From contig JAVCBU010000012.1 in assembly GCA_037917685.1 (NCBI GenBank), forward strand, positions 352,001-416,000: a stretch of DNA of 64,000 nt. Direction: 5' to 3'. The first letter of the stretch is position 1. Every line of letters begins with the position of its first letter. The stretch comes from Thermoproteota archaeon (lineage in GTDB: Archaea; Korarchaeota; Korarchaeia; Korarchaeales; JAOZGB01). Below are positions 8,290 through 17,352 of the stretch, piece after piece. The position numbers and the translations under genes are program-made. The notes under the pieces were generated by a model, which saw nothing but the letters and a program-made list of their open reading frames with translations, had not been told where the DNA came from and ran no database searches.

Positions 8290-10353
8290 ATGAGAGATCA
8301 TGTGCTTATAATCGCTGAAAAGGAAAAACAAGCGGAGCAGATAGCTGGTATACTGTCGAATGGGAAGTATGAGCGCAAGAACATCGGAAGAGTTCGATAT
8401 TACGTATTTAAACGTGATGGGGTAAACATTACGGTTGTACCAGCCAGAGGCCATATATACCAGTTGGAAACAAGAGACAAAGGCTATCCTACGTTTAACG
8501 TTGAATGGGCTCCCACGAGGGGTGTGAGAGGGATCAAATCATATATTAAGGCTATAAAAGGGCTTTACAATGGCGGAAGGATCGTATTAGCTACGGATTA
8601 CGACATGGAGGGGGAGGTTATCGGTGGTAACATTATAGAATTCACACTTGGAATTAGAAACGTCGATAGCATTGATAGGATGATTTTCTCTAGCCTTACA
8701 AGAGAAGAAATTACAAGGGCGTGGGAAAACCCTTCTAAAGTTGATGTAAAGCTTCTGGAGGCTGGCAGGGCAAGGCATGAGATGGATTTCATGTGGGGGG
8801 TGACATTTTCGAGAGCTTTAATGGAAGCTGTTAGGATAGCGGGAGGTCTCAGGAGGCATCCGCTCAGTGTCGGGAGGGTTCAAACCCCAATGCTTGCTGC
8901 AGTAGTCGAATTAGAGAGGAAAATACAGAATTTCAAGCCGGAACCCTACTGGGAGTTGGTGGCTAAGGTTTTGATTAATGGGAAGTGGTACACAGCGCAG
9001 TATGTTGGAAATCCGATTAAAAACAAGGAGGAAGCCGAGAGATTACTAGAAAAGGCAAAGGGAGGGAAAGCAATCGTTAAAGATGTTAAAACTAGTAAGA
9101 GTGTCAGGAAGCCTCCTGTTCCCTTTGACACTACAGAGTTGCAGAAAGAGGCGTCAAGATGGTTTGGCCTATCACCACAACAAACCATTAATCAAGCTGA
9201 AGGTATTTATCTAGAGGGCGCCATCTCATATATTAGAACGGATAGCCAGGTCTATCCTAAGGATTTAGACCATAAAAGCTTGCTATCTAAACTGTCGGGT
9301 ATATCTAAGGAATACAGAGAATTCGCAGAAGACCTACTGTCTAAGGGGAAGCTCAAACCTTCTTCTGGAAAGAAGGGCGGTAAGGAGTCTGCCCACCCAG
9401 CTATACACCCCACCGGGAAGAAACCCAGACAACTTAATAAGAGGCAATGGAAGCTCTACGATCTCATCTGCAGGAGATATTTCGCCACGCTTGGGGACAA
9501 TATGGTTAGGGAAACAAAGAGAATAACGATAGATATAAATGGTTTGACATTTAAACTCTCGGGAACAAGAACTGTGGATATAGGGTGGGGGAGATACTAC
9601 AAGCCATACCTGGATTTACAGGAGATAGACTTTGGCCCTGTAAAAGCTGGCGACGAACTTAGATTTAATGTAGACTTGGTAAAGAAGATGACTAAACCCC
9701 CACCGAGGATGACACCGATGAAACTTGTACTTTGGGCTGAGAAGAATGGTATAGGAACTAAGGCCACCAGGGGAGAGATGATTAAAAAACTGCTTGACAG
9801 GAGATATCTTGAAGTTGAAAAAAGAGCTTTGAAGCCCACAAAGCTAGGCTTCTGCGTAGCGGAGGTCATAGAGGAGAGGATACCTATCCTACTAAGCGTA
9901 GAAATGACTAGAAAGTTCGAGGAACAACTATTCCTTGTTAAAAATGGTAGGATAACGAGAGAAGAGCTTTTGGAAGACGTTAAAGAAGAGATATTAAAAC
10001 TTACTGAGGAATTTAACGAGCATATAGAGAGAATAGGCAAGGACCTGCGCAGAAAATTATCGGAAACTATAGAAAACACAATAGGTGTATGTTCAAAGTG
10101 CGGTAAGCCTTTAAAGCTGATAAGGAGAAGCGACGGAAAACGTTTTATATGGTGCACTACTCTAAATTGCACATATTACCCACTCCCACAGAAGGGTAAG
10201 CTGACAATAATAAACAGCAGAAGGTGTATAAAGTGCGGTCTGAAACCTATAAAGGTATCTCAAAGGGGGAAAAGATCATGGGAGCTCTGCGTAGCCTGCG
10301 GGATCTGCTTCAAGTGTGAGCTTTTCAAAGAATGTATACAACAATCCCGGTAG
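8290..10353 (+). CDS. topA: Type IA DNA topoisomerase with C-terminal Zn ribbons
   Basis: IIAEK, GH, ATDYDMEGE (Toprim), SVGRVQTP, ISYIRTDS (catalytic Tyr), AHPAIHPT, GIGTKATR; Cys-rich C-terminus. Confidence 0.95.
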   Translation: MRDHVLIIAEKEKQAEQIAGILSNGKYERKNIGRVRYYVFKRDGVNITVVPARGHIYQLETRDKGYPTFNVEWAPTRGVRGIKSYIKAIKGLYNGGRIVLATDYDMEGEVIGGNIIEFTLGIRNVDSIDRMIFSSLTREEITRAWENPSKVDVKLLEAGRARHEMDFMWGVTFSRALMEAVRIAGGLRRHPLSVGRVQTPMLAAVVELERKIQNFKPEPYWELVAKVLINGKWYTAQYVGNPIKNKEEAERLLEKAKGGKAIVKDVKTSKSVRKPPVPFDTTELQKEASRWFGLSPQQTINQAEGIYLEGAISYIRTDSQVYPKDLDHKSLLSKLSGISKEYREFAEDLLSKGKLKPSSGKKGGKESAHPAIHPTGKKPRQLNKRQWKLYDLICRRYFATLGDNMVRETKRITIDINGLTFKLSGTRTVDIGWGRYYKPYLDLQEIDFGPVKAGDELRFNVDLVKKMTKPPPRMTPMKLVLWAEKNGIGTKATRGEMIKKLLDRRYLEVEKRALKPTKLGFCVAEVIEERIPILLSVEMTRKFEEQLFLVKNGRITREELLEDVKEEILKLTEEFNEHIERIGKDLRRKLSETIENTIGVCSKCGKPLKLIRRSDGKRFIWCTTLNCTYYPLPQKGKLTIINSRRCIKCGLKPIKVSQRGKRSWELCVACGICFKCELFKECIQQSR

Positions 10354-10373
10354 TAAACTAACGACAGCGGGGG

Positions 10374-10395
10374 ATACTAAAGAATTCTTTAGTAT
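10374..10395. repeat. Perfect 22-bp palindrome between topA and tmk
   Basis: ATACTAAAGAATTCTTTAGTAT equals its own reverse complement. Confidence 0.8.
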
Positions 10396-10528
10396 TCATA
10401 TCGTCTTACCCAAATAGAGCTCAACTGTAGAGGATTAACTGCAACCTGTAACAATTATGAATTAAGCAGTCGATAGACTATATGCACATCATTAATGCAC
10501 CAGCAAGTAACAGTATAAGGTCATAGGA

Positions 10529-11149
10529 ATGTATAACACCAGTAATAATTTTCCCGGAAAGTTTATAGCAATAGAAGGTATAGATGGTTCAGGTACTACT
10601 ACTCAGACGAAGCTTCTTTACAATTGGATGAGAAAAAGAGGATACAGGGTTTATTTTACAAAAGAGCCTACCGGGTTTCTATTAGGGCAGATAATAAGGC
10701 TAGCATTAAAAGGGGAGCTTAAATACAGCGATAAGGTGTTAGCGCTGCTCTTTGCAGCCGACAGGGTGCTCCACACCGAGAAAGTTATAATACCAAAACT
10801 TAGACAAGGTGTACACGTTATCTCAGACAGATATGTTATGTCGTCTATTGCTTACCAGGGTTCCTTAATAGATAAAGAGTGGGTTAAAACCATTAACAGA
10901 TTTTCTCTACTGCCTACCCTAACCATATATATAGACGTTCCTGTTAGAGTCTCACTTGAAAGGATAATGACAAAGAGGCAGAAGCAGAAAGAAATATACG
11001 AAAAGCCACATATCCTTGAGAAAGTAAGGGAAATGTATATCGAAGAATGCATGCGTAATAAGGAAAGATGCATAGTCATAAATGGTGATAGAAACGTAGC
11101 CGACATCCACTCAGATATTTTAGAGGCAGTGAAAACTATTCTAGATTAA
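10529..11149 (+). CDS. tmk: Thymidylate kinase
   Basis: FIAIEGIDGSGTTTQ, TKEPT, LLFAADR, VISDRY, SSIAYQG. Confidence 0.93.
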   Translation: MYNTSNNFPGKFIAIEGIDGSGTTTQTKLLYNWMRKRGYRVYFTKEPTGFLLGQIIRLALKGELKYSDKVLALLFAADRVLHTEKVIIPKLRQGVHVISDRYVMSSIAYQGSLIDKEWVKTINRFSLLPTLTIYIDVPVRVSLERIMTKRQKQKEIYEKPHILEKVREMYIEECMRNKERCIVINGDRNVADIHSDILEAVKTILD

Positions 11150-11210
11150 TGTCATTTGCCGATAGACGTTAAGCTTAACAGCTTACTCCTAAGAGTCTTT
11201 ATAATATTAG

Positions 11211-12752
11211 ATGACACCTTCTATTGCTAGAGCCATGAAATCCCATATAGCAGTGACAACAATCACAATAATATTACTTCCATTCATAGCCACCATAAAC
11301 CAGGGCTACGTAGATCTTGGGAACATAGTAGAAACCCTATCAATAGATGGGTCCATTAGGGTTATGATCATATACGGAAGTACAGCCGCTGAATTAGATG
11401 TTAAATCAGCATGGATGTTATATGACTATTTATCATCTTTCGACGGGGATGTAAAAATTCTAGCTGACAACAACGTAACTGTCGATCAACTTACAAAGTA
11501 TAATCTAATAGTAGTAGGAGGGCCAGTCGCCAATACTATAGCTGCAAAGTTAAACAACGAGTTTAAGAGTGCGAAGTTCGAGTTTACCTCGGGTAAATGG
11601 TATCTAAAGTTTGACGGAGTAAAATACTTCGGGGACGACTATGGATTCTGCGTATTAGAAGAAAATCCATACTCAAACGGACTTTACGCGATCTGGATAG
11701 CCGGCACCACTAGATACGGAACAAAAAACGCTGTATATTTTCTTAAGGACCAGCAAGATTCACGTTTAGGAGTTGGGTTTCTTGTAAAAAGTTTTAGACT
11801 TATAAGGATTATAGTACCTGAGGAAGCAACCGTCGTAATCAAGAAAGATAGAGAAATAAACTTTGTCTTAATCAATAATCCTGATCCACAATTACTCTCC
11901 ATGGAAAATATAACTAAGTGCTGGATAATACCCACAAATCTTTCAGGGTGGAACATTATTGAAGCTCCTAACCTTTCATACTTACCGTTTGCAGGAAAGT
12001 ATAACGCTCTCTATATAATTAGAGGGTTCCAGATAAGGGAAGTATTGGATAATTTAAGCATTACCGTCGGTCTCGGTGTTTATATCATTTGTAACGGTTC
12101 CCAGTGCACATACAAACTGCCTCAAAACAGCCAATTCATATTAGAATACGAAAACAAATCTAGAACTTTCAAATTCGTAGCGGGACCCTACTTCATACCT
12201 ATTAACGAACAATTTGACATTCCTTGGACTCAAAGAAATGTTACCATAACGGTTGACGAGATTTACTCGAACTGCACAGCATTAATTGAGATGAGTGTGA
12301 AAGGGAAACGTGTTGCAAGGACAAAAATCAATGGTTCGGGAGATATAAGCTTTGACTTAGGGGGGGATGGTAACCTGACTACTTTAAAAATTAACATAGT
12401 CAGAGCTACACAAAAAGTTGGAGGCTGGTTTAAATTTACAGTAGAATTTGAAGATACGTCTATTCTGAATTTGACGAACAGAAAGGCCATCGGAGACGAT
12501 TTAAACTTAACATTATATGGTACCTACGTGGAATATAGCAATGGCACCCTTTGGATCCTTAAAACCGACACTCTTGAAGTTCCTGTTTCCACAACGATTT
12601 ACAGATATTACATTGAAATGAAAAAGGCGGAATTTGAGGGTGAATTTGATAAGGTTCAGGAGTACTTGGAGTTAATGACAAAAGAGGTCTCAGAAATTCA
12701 TGTTAAGTTCGACGAGCTGAACTGGCTGGTAGCGGCACTAGTTGAGTTTTAA
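11211..12752 (+). CDS. Exported S-layer-domain protein
   Basis: Signal/TM segment; IIYGSTAAELDV, NLIVVGGPVAN and IAGTTRYGT S-layer-type motifs; many N-x-S/T sequons. Confidence 0.6.
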   Translation: MTPSIARAMKSHIAVTTITIILLPFIATINQGYVDLGNIVETLSIDGSIRVMIIYGSTAAELDVKSAWMLYDYLSSFDGDVKILADNNVTVDQLTKYNLIVVGGPVANTIAAKLNNEFKSAKFEFTSGKWYLKFDGVKYFGDDYGFCVLEENPYSNGLYAIWIAGTTRYGTKNAVYFLKDQQDSRLGVGFLVKSFRLIRIIVPEEATVVIKKDREINFVLINNPDPQLLSMENITKCWIIPTNLSGWNIIEAPNLSYLPFAGKYNALYIIRGFQIREVLDNLSITVGLGVYIICNGSQCTYKLPQNSQFILEYENKSRTFKFVAGPYFIPINEQFDIPWTQRNVTITVDEIYSNCTALIEMSVKGKRVARTKINGSGDISFDLGGDGNLTTLKINIVRATQKVGGWFKFTVEFEDTSILNLTNRKAIGDDLNLTLYGTYVEYSNGTLWILKTDTLEVPVSTTIYRYYIEMKKAEFEGEFDKVQEYLELMTKEVSEIHVKFDELNWLVAALVEF

Positions 12753-12779
12753 ATGAGTTTGAAAACATATTATCATTAA

Positions 12780-14510
12780 ATGTTAGAAAAAGCTAGACAG
12801 CTGGCTAAACAGCTTGCACTGGAGAATGCAGCTAAATATGGAAAAGCAAGTGAAAAAGCAGTTATTGGAAAGTTACTGGCAAGGATACCGGAGCTTAAGT
12901 CTAACATAAAGGAAGCTACCGAGATAACTAGAGAGGCGGTCAGAGAAGTAAATAAGCTTTCTATGAACGAAATCCTTAAGATGGTAAAACCAATGAGGAA
13001 AAAAGTTAGGAAAAGAGAGAGGGTTTGGCCAGAACTTGAGAATGCTGACAAATATGAGAAGATTGTAACTAGAGTAGCCCCCGAACCAAACGGGTACCCA
13101 ACTCTAGGGCATGCTAAAGGCCTCTTAGTTCCATTTATCTATGCAAGGATGTATAATGGGATATTTCAGTTGAGATTTGAGGATACAAACCCGAGGGTAG
13201 AGAAGAAAGAGTACTACGACGCCATACGGGAAGAATTTGCTAAGTTACTTGAGGCAGCTGAAGACGAGTTAGGTATATCACCCGGTAGATGGGATGTTGA
13301 AATAATAGAATCCAATGATTTCCCGGTCATGTACCGTCTGGCTGAGAAACTCATTAGAGACGGTAACGCCTATGTTTGTACTTGTCCTACCGTAAAAATT
13401 AGGAATAATAGAAGATTGGGTATCGAATGCCCATGCAGAAAACGAACTGTCGAAGAGAATATTGAGTTGTGGGAGAAAATGCACTCTGAACTTAGAGAAG
13501 GCGAAGCATGTCTCCGACTCAAAACGGACATGAAGCATCCAAATCCCACAATGCGGGACCCAGCAATATTTAGAATAATCGAGGCCCCCCATCCACTCCA
13601 TGGTGACAAGTACAGGGTTTATCCTACATACGACTTCTCAATCGCCGTAGAGGATTCAAGAACAGGGGTAACCCACGCTTTTAGAAGTAAAGAGTTCGAA
13701 CCACATGTAGAGGTCCAAAAAACAATACTAAAGATGCTGGGATTGAGAACTTACGAGATGATTCAGTTTGGAAGGATAACCATTGAAGGTTTACCACTGT
13801 CAAAAAGATATATAAGACCCCTAGTAAAAACTAAAATTCTATGGGGATGGGATGACCCCCGAATCCTAACGTTAAGGGGTTTATTTAGAAGGGGGATAAC
13901 ACCAAACGCCATTGTAAGATTTATCTATGAGCAAGGTCCAAGCAAAGTCGACGCCACAGTAAGAATTGAAAATATAGCGGCTATCAACCGAAAGCTACTA
14001 GACTTAAAGGCGAAGAGGCTGATGTTTGTCCCGGATCCAATCAAACTAACAATTGAGAACACACCAGAAACGTTAGAAGCTGAAATCTCTCTACACCCCA
14101 CAGCTAAAGAATTGGGTAAACGTAAAATTGTTTTAAAGTCCAAAAACAATGAAATTGAAGTTTATATAACACAGCGTGACCTTAAGTCTTTTAAAGAGGG
14201 TGAAAACATAAGGTTAAGAGACCTTTGTAACATTCAGATACTTAGTATCATGCCGGATATGGCTCGTGCCACGTATCTACCAGGAAAAAACTTGAAGGTT
14301 CCAATAATTCAGTGGTCCCCCCCAAACGGCGTACCTGTAATCGTTTACAAGCCAGAATCAGCATACAGCTATAGAGTGATAGGTGGAATAGGTGAAAACT
14401 ACATAAAAAACCTTAAAATAGGAGAAATTGTCCAGTTTATAAGGTTTGGGTTCGTACGTATAGACAACAAGAAAAACAGCACCGTTGAAGCTATATACTC
14501 ACACCCATAG
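12780..14510 (+). CDS. gltX: Glutamyl-tRNA synthetase (archaeal type)
   Basis: ALENAAKYGKA, RVAPEPNGYPTLGH, RFEDTNP, YPTYDF, LSKR, GWDDPR, VQFIRFGFVRID. Confidence 0.95.
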   Translation: MLEKARQLAKQLALENAAKYGKASEKAVIGKLLARIPELKSNIKEATEITREAVREVNKLSMNEILKMVKPMRKKVRKRERVWPELENADKYEKIVTRVAPEPNGYPTLGHAKGLLVPFIYARMYNGIFQLRFEDTNPRVEKKEYYDAIREEFAKLLEAAEDELGISPGRWDVEIIESNDFPVMYRLAEKLIRDGNAYVCTCPTVKIRNNRRLGIECPCRKRTVEENIELWEKMHSELREGEACLRLKTDMKHPNPTMRDPAIFRIIEAPHPLHGDKYRVYPTYDFSIAVEDSRTGVTHAFRSKEFEPHVEVQKTILKMLGLRTYEMIQFGRITIEGLPLSKRYIRPLVKTKILWGWDDPRILTLRGLFRRGITPNAIVRFIYEQGPSKVDATVRIENIAAINRKLLDLKAKRLMFVPDPIKLTIENTPETLEAEISLHPTAKELGKRKIVLKSKNNEIEVYITQRDLKSFKEGENIRLRDLCNIQILSIMPDMARATYLPGKNLKVPIIQWSPPNGVPVIVYKPESAYSYRVIGGIGENYIKNLKIGEIVQFIRFGFVRIDNKKNSTVEAIYSHP

Positions 14511-14945
14511 GCTCGTACTTCTCTGGATGCTCCCTATAATCATCCTTTATCCTATAATACGCCTCTATAAGCAAATCTTTATCAACAATCCAGTTCCTCC
14601 CATTAAATGCTTTATATATAAGGACATGCGTGCCCCATGTATCCGTCTAGGGTCACAAGATATCTCCATAGAGGAATCGGTGTAATTATGGCCTCTATAA
14701 GGTTTTGTTAGCTATAGAACCTTTTATGAGAAATGTATAAGCTTCTAATCCTAACTTTTCATAGTTTATCTCAGCCCTACAGTCAGGAACACCTGATTTG
14801 TCCAACTTCTTAATCCTGTAACTGACAGTCTGTTGGCTTACACCTAGTTTTTGAGCGATTGAGGAGATGTTTCTTGGATTAGACGATATAAACAGTTTTA
14901 GTATTTTTAAATCTAGAGCATCTAATCCTACAAATTTTTCAAAAA
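14491..14945 (-). pseudogene. Degraded Lrp/AsnC-type wHTH transcription regulator (absent from the ORF track)
   Basis: Minus-strand translation LDALDLKILKLFISSNPRNISSIAQKLGVSQQTVSYRIKKL...RAEINYEKLGLEAY; no in-frame start, premature TAG, further fragments downstream of the stop. Confidence 0.72.
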
Positions 14946-14968
14946 TGTATCCTACAAATTTTCAAAAA
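14925..14968. repeat. Tandem direct repeat (~20 bp, 24-bp period) upstream of the KaiC-like operon
   Basis: ATCCTACAAATTTTTCAAAAA (14925-14945) and ATCCTACAAATTTTCAAAAA (14949-14968), followed by a TTTAAA TATA-like element. Confidence 0.75.
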
Positions 14969-15018
14969 ACTTTAAAAATATTAAAGTCTACACTATAACT
15001 ATCGGTGAAACTTGTACC

Positions 15019-15738
15019 ATGGAAGGGTTGGAGAGAACACCATCGGGCATAGACGGCCTAGATATGGTAATTGAAGGCGGTTTCCCCAGAGGATCTCTGA
15101 TAATTGTCTCTGGAGGCGCAGGTGCGGGGAAAACAACTTTTGGTTTACAATTTGTATTTTATGGTTGTTCGGTTCTTGGTGAAAGTGTATTATATGTATT
15201 ACTAAGTGAAGATTCGGACTCGCTCAGGGCATCAGCTGTAAGATTTGGTTGGAATATAAATGATCTCGAAAAAAGCGGTGTCTTCAATATTTTCGAGCCT
15301 GATGAAGTTGAGCGTGAGAACGCAGGGAGGATTATCAACCAAATTATTAACCGTGCGATATCACTTGAAGCAAGAAGGATAGTAATAGATTCTTACTCCC
15401 CATTCCAACTTGTATTAGATTCTCCCACATCTAGACTACTTGTTCATCTCTTATATAAATTTAGCAAGAAATCAAGATCTAATCTTATGCTTATCATGGA
15501 GGGATTAAACCCCCTGACCATGTCAGAGTCATACGTAGCAGATGGTTTAATTCACCTTGAAGTGGAGTATTCAAGTAATACCAAAAGGCTAATGAAAATA
15601 TTTAAAATGAGGGGAACAAGGGTTAAAAAAACAACACTTAGATTTACTATTGGAAGCAAAGGTATAGAAGTACTCTCTAATCCTGGGGGTGATGGGGTTA
15701 AACATCAAGTTTCATACATAAAAATGTTAAGGAGGTGA
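15019..15738 (+). CDS. KaiC/RAD55-like RecA-superfamily ATPase (single domain)
   Basis: SGIDGLDMVIEGGFP, Walker A GGAGAGKT, RIVIDS, YVADGLIHL, IFKMRGT. Confidence 0.88.
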   Translation: MEGLERTPSGIDGLDMVIEGGFPRGSLIIVSGGAGAGKTTFGLQFVFYGCSVLGESVLYVLLSEDSDSLRASAVRFGWNINDLEKSGVFNIFEPDEVERENAGRIINQIINRAISLEARRIVIDSYSPFQLVLDSPTSRLLVHLLYKFSKKSRSNLMLIMEGLNPLTMSESYVADGLIHLEVEYSSNTKRLMKIFKMRGTRVKKTTLRFTIGSKGIEVLSNPGGDGVKHQVSYIKMLRR

Positions 15739-15744
15739 TGTAAA

Positions 15745-15945
15745 GTGCCTAGAAGCAGGGGGGAACATAAGGAGAGGCTTATTTCCACCAGAGTTACTAT
15801 GAAGATAGCTGAGGCGGTGCAGTCTGCCGCGGACAGTGAAGGTCTAACTATATCGGAGTGGATGAGAAACCTAATAATCAAAGAGCTGAAAGCGAGAAAG
15901 CTTATAGGTGAAGGTGTAAAGCTAGGCCTCCTGAGAGGGAGGTAG
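15745..15945 (+). CDS. Ribbon-helix-helix (CopG-like) DNA-binding protein
   Basis: ISTRVT strand, AVQSAADSEGLTISEWMRNLI helices; GGAGGTGA SD before GTG. Confidence 0.75.
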   Translation: MPRSRGEHKERLISTRVTMKIAEAVQSAADSEGLTISEWMRNLIIKELKARKLIGEGVKLGLLRGR

Positions 15946-15948
15946 GCT

Positions 15949-17352
15949 TTGCAACCACCCGTTTTCCACTTACCACCCGAACTGGAAACCGCCCTTAGAA
16001 CACCGAGATATAGCATAGCGGTCAAGGGAGCACCGGGTACGGGAAAGTCAACGCTAGCCATGGAAATCCTCTCCTTTTTTGGCGGAGAATCAAGCCTGTA
16101 CGTGTCATCACGTGTAAGCGTAGAACAGATATATAGAGACTTCCCATGGCTTAAGGGTAAAATAAAAGGAGATAGTATAATAGACATGACAAGTTCCGAG
16201 AAAACAGAAAAAAGAAGTGAGTTTTTATTTTTTGACAAGCCAAGATTTCTATCTTACTTGCTTTCAAGAGTTAAAAAACTTAAGAAGCCTAGAATAGTAA
16301 TATTTGATAGTATAGAAGCTCTAAGATCGATTTTAGACGTTAGAGGTCAAGAGTTAGCCTTAGAACACTCGTTGATGAGTCTCATAGAGGAAGCAGACAC
16401 GAACGCGGTGTTCGTGCTCGAGAGCAGGACCGAACATAAAATTGAGTATATGGTCGATGGCGTTATCTGTCTGGAGTATAAACTTATAGATGGAAGAAGG
16501 ATTAGAAGACTTACCATAGAAAAACTGAGAGGTGTGAAAATAAAACAATCTACCTATCTATTCACCCTAAAAGATGGTAGACTTTCCTGCCCATCTAGAA
16601 TTACACTTAGGATCCCTGACTTCAAAGAAAAACACAGGGTTGTAATCGATGAGGGTAGATTCGACTTTCAGGGAAGACCCGCATACTCAACTGGTAACAA
16701 AAGTTTCGACAAGTTTATAGGTGGGGGTTACCCAAAGGGAGGCCTAGTTCTTTTTGAACTTTCAAAAGATGCTCCACCAAATATGATTACACATGTGTGT
16801 GGAGCGACGGTAGAGAACTTTTTGATGCAGGATAGACCGGTTGTGGGAATTCCTGCCCTTGTTAACACACCTCAAAAGGTGAAAAGTACTTATGAAGTGA
16901 TGGTTCATCCAGAAAAGCTTAGAAATGCTATTATATTATGGCCTGAAAAAACAGAAGATGAAACAGTTGTCTATATAACGGGCGGCGCTGAGGAGTGGGC
17001 TGAAACTACTATTTCAGAGGTTGAAAGGATTAAGAATAAAACTATGAAGCCTGTTCTGATTGTTTTCTCATGTGACACTATAATATCATCGTTAGGGGAG
17101 GAGGGAGCAAGCGAATTCGTGACAATGGTGTCCAGGTACGTCAAGGATAGGGATGACTTGCTAATACTGGTATCTGTAAAGAACTCCGTCTTTTTGGATA
17201 ACATTAGGAAAATGGCTGATATCTATATAAAGGTTACACGCGATGCAGGAGTACCACTTTTATATGGGGTTTCCCCGTGGACTCCAATTTACATGTTTAC
17301 AATCGATGTTTCCAAGCCTCACCCTGAAATTGTTCTCCTCCCTATTCTCTAA
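15949..17352 (+). CDS. GvpD-like double-domain KaiC-family ATPase (second domain degenerate)
   Basis: Walker A KGAPGTGKS, IVIFDS, YMVDGVICL, IEKLRG, FTLKDG; second domain STGNKSFDKFIGGGYPKG lacks a Walker A. Confidence 0.8.
   Translation: MQPPVFHLPPELETALRTPRYSIAVKGAPGTGKSTLAMEILSFFGGESSLYVSSRVSVEQIYRDFPWLKGKIKGDSIIDMTSSEKTEKRSEFLFFDKPRFLSYLLSRVKKLKKPRIVIFDSIEALRSILDVRGQELALEHSLMSLIEEADTNAVFVLESRTEHKIEYMVDGVICLEYKLIDGRRIRRLTIEKLRGVKIKQSTYLFTLKDGRLSCPSRITLRIPDFKEKHRVVIDEGRFDFQGRPAYSTGNKSFDKFIGGGYPKGGLVLFELSKDAPPNMITHVCGATVENFLMQDRPVVGIPALVNTPQKVKSTYEVMVHPEKLRNAIILWPEKTEDETVVYITGGAEEWAETTISEVERIKNKTMKPVLIVFSCDTIISSLGEEGASEFVTMVSRYVKDRDDLLILVSVKNSVFLDNIRKMADIYIKVTRDAGVPLLYGVSPWTPIYMFTIDVSKPHPEIVLLPIL

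Noticed and set aside
13101-13112. GluRS HIGH motif reads TLGH
   Set aside because: First-position variation of HIGH is common in class I synthetases, and the rest of the enzyme is canonical
15019-17352. Three ORFs in the same frame separated by single TGA/TAG stops, suggesting Sec/Pyl readthrough into one polyprotein
   Set aside because: The stops lie inside strong SD motifs (GGAGGTGA, GGAGGTAG) placed correctly before the next start codons, which fits ordinary translational coupling
15949-17352. Gas vesicle gene cluster
   Set aside because: Only a GvpD-like ATPase is present; no gvpA or other gvp genes
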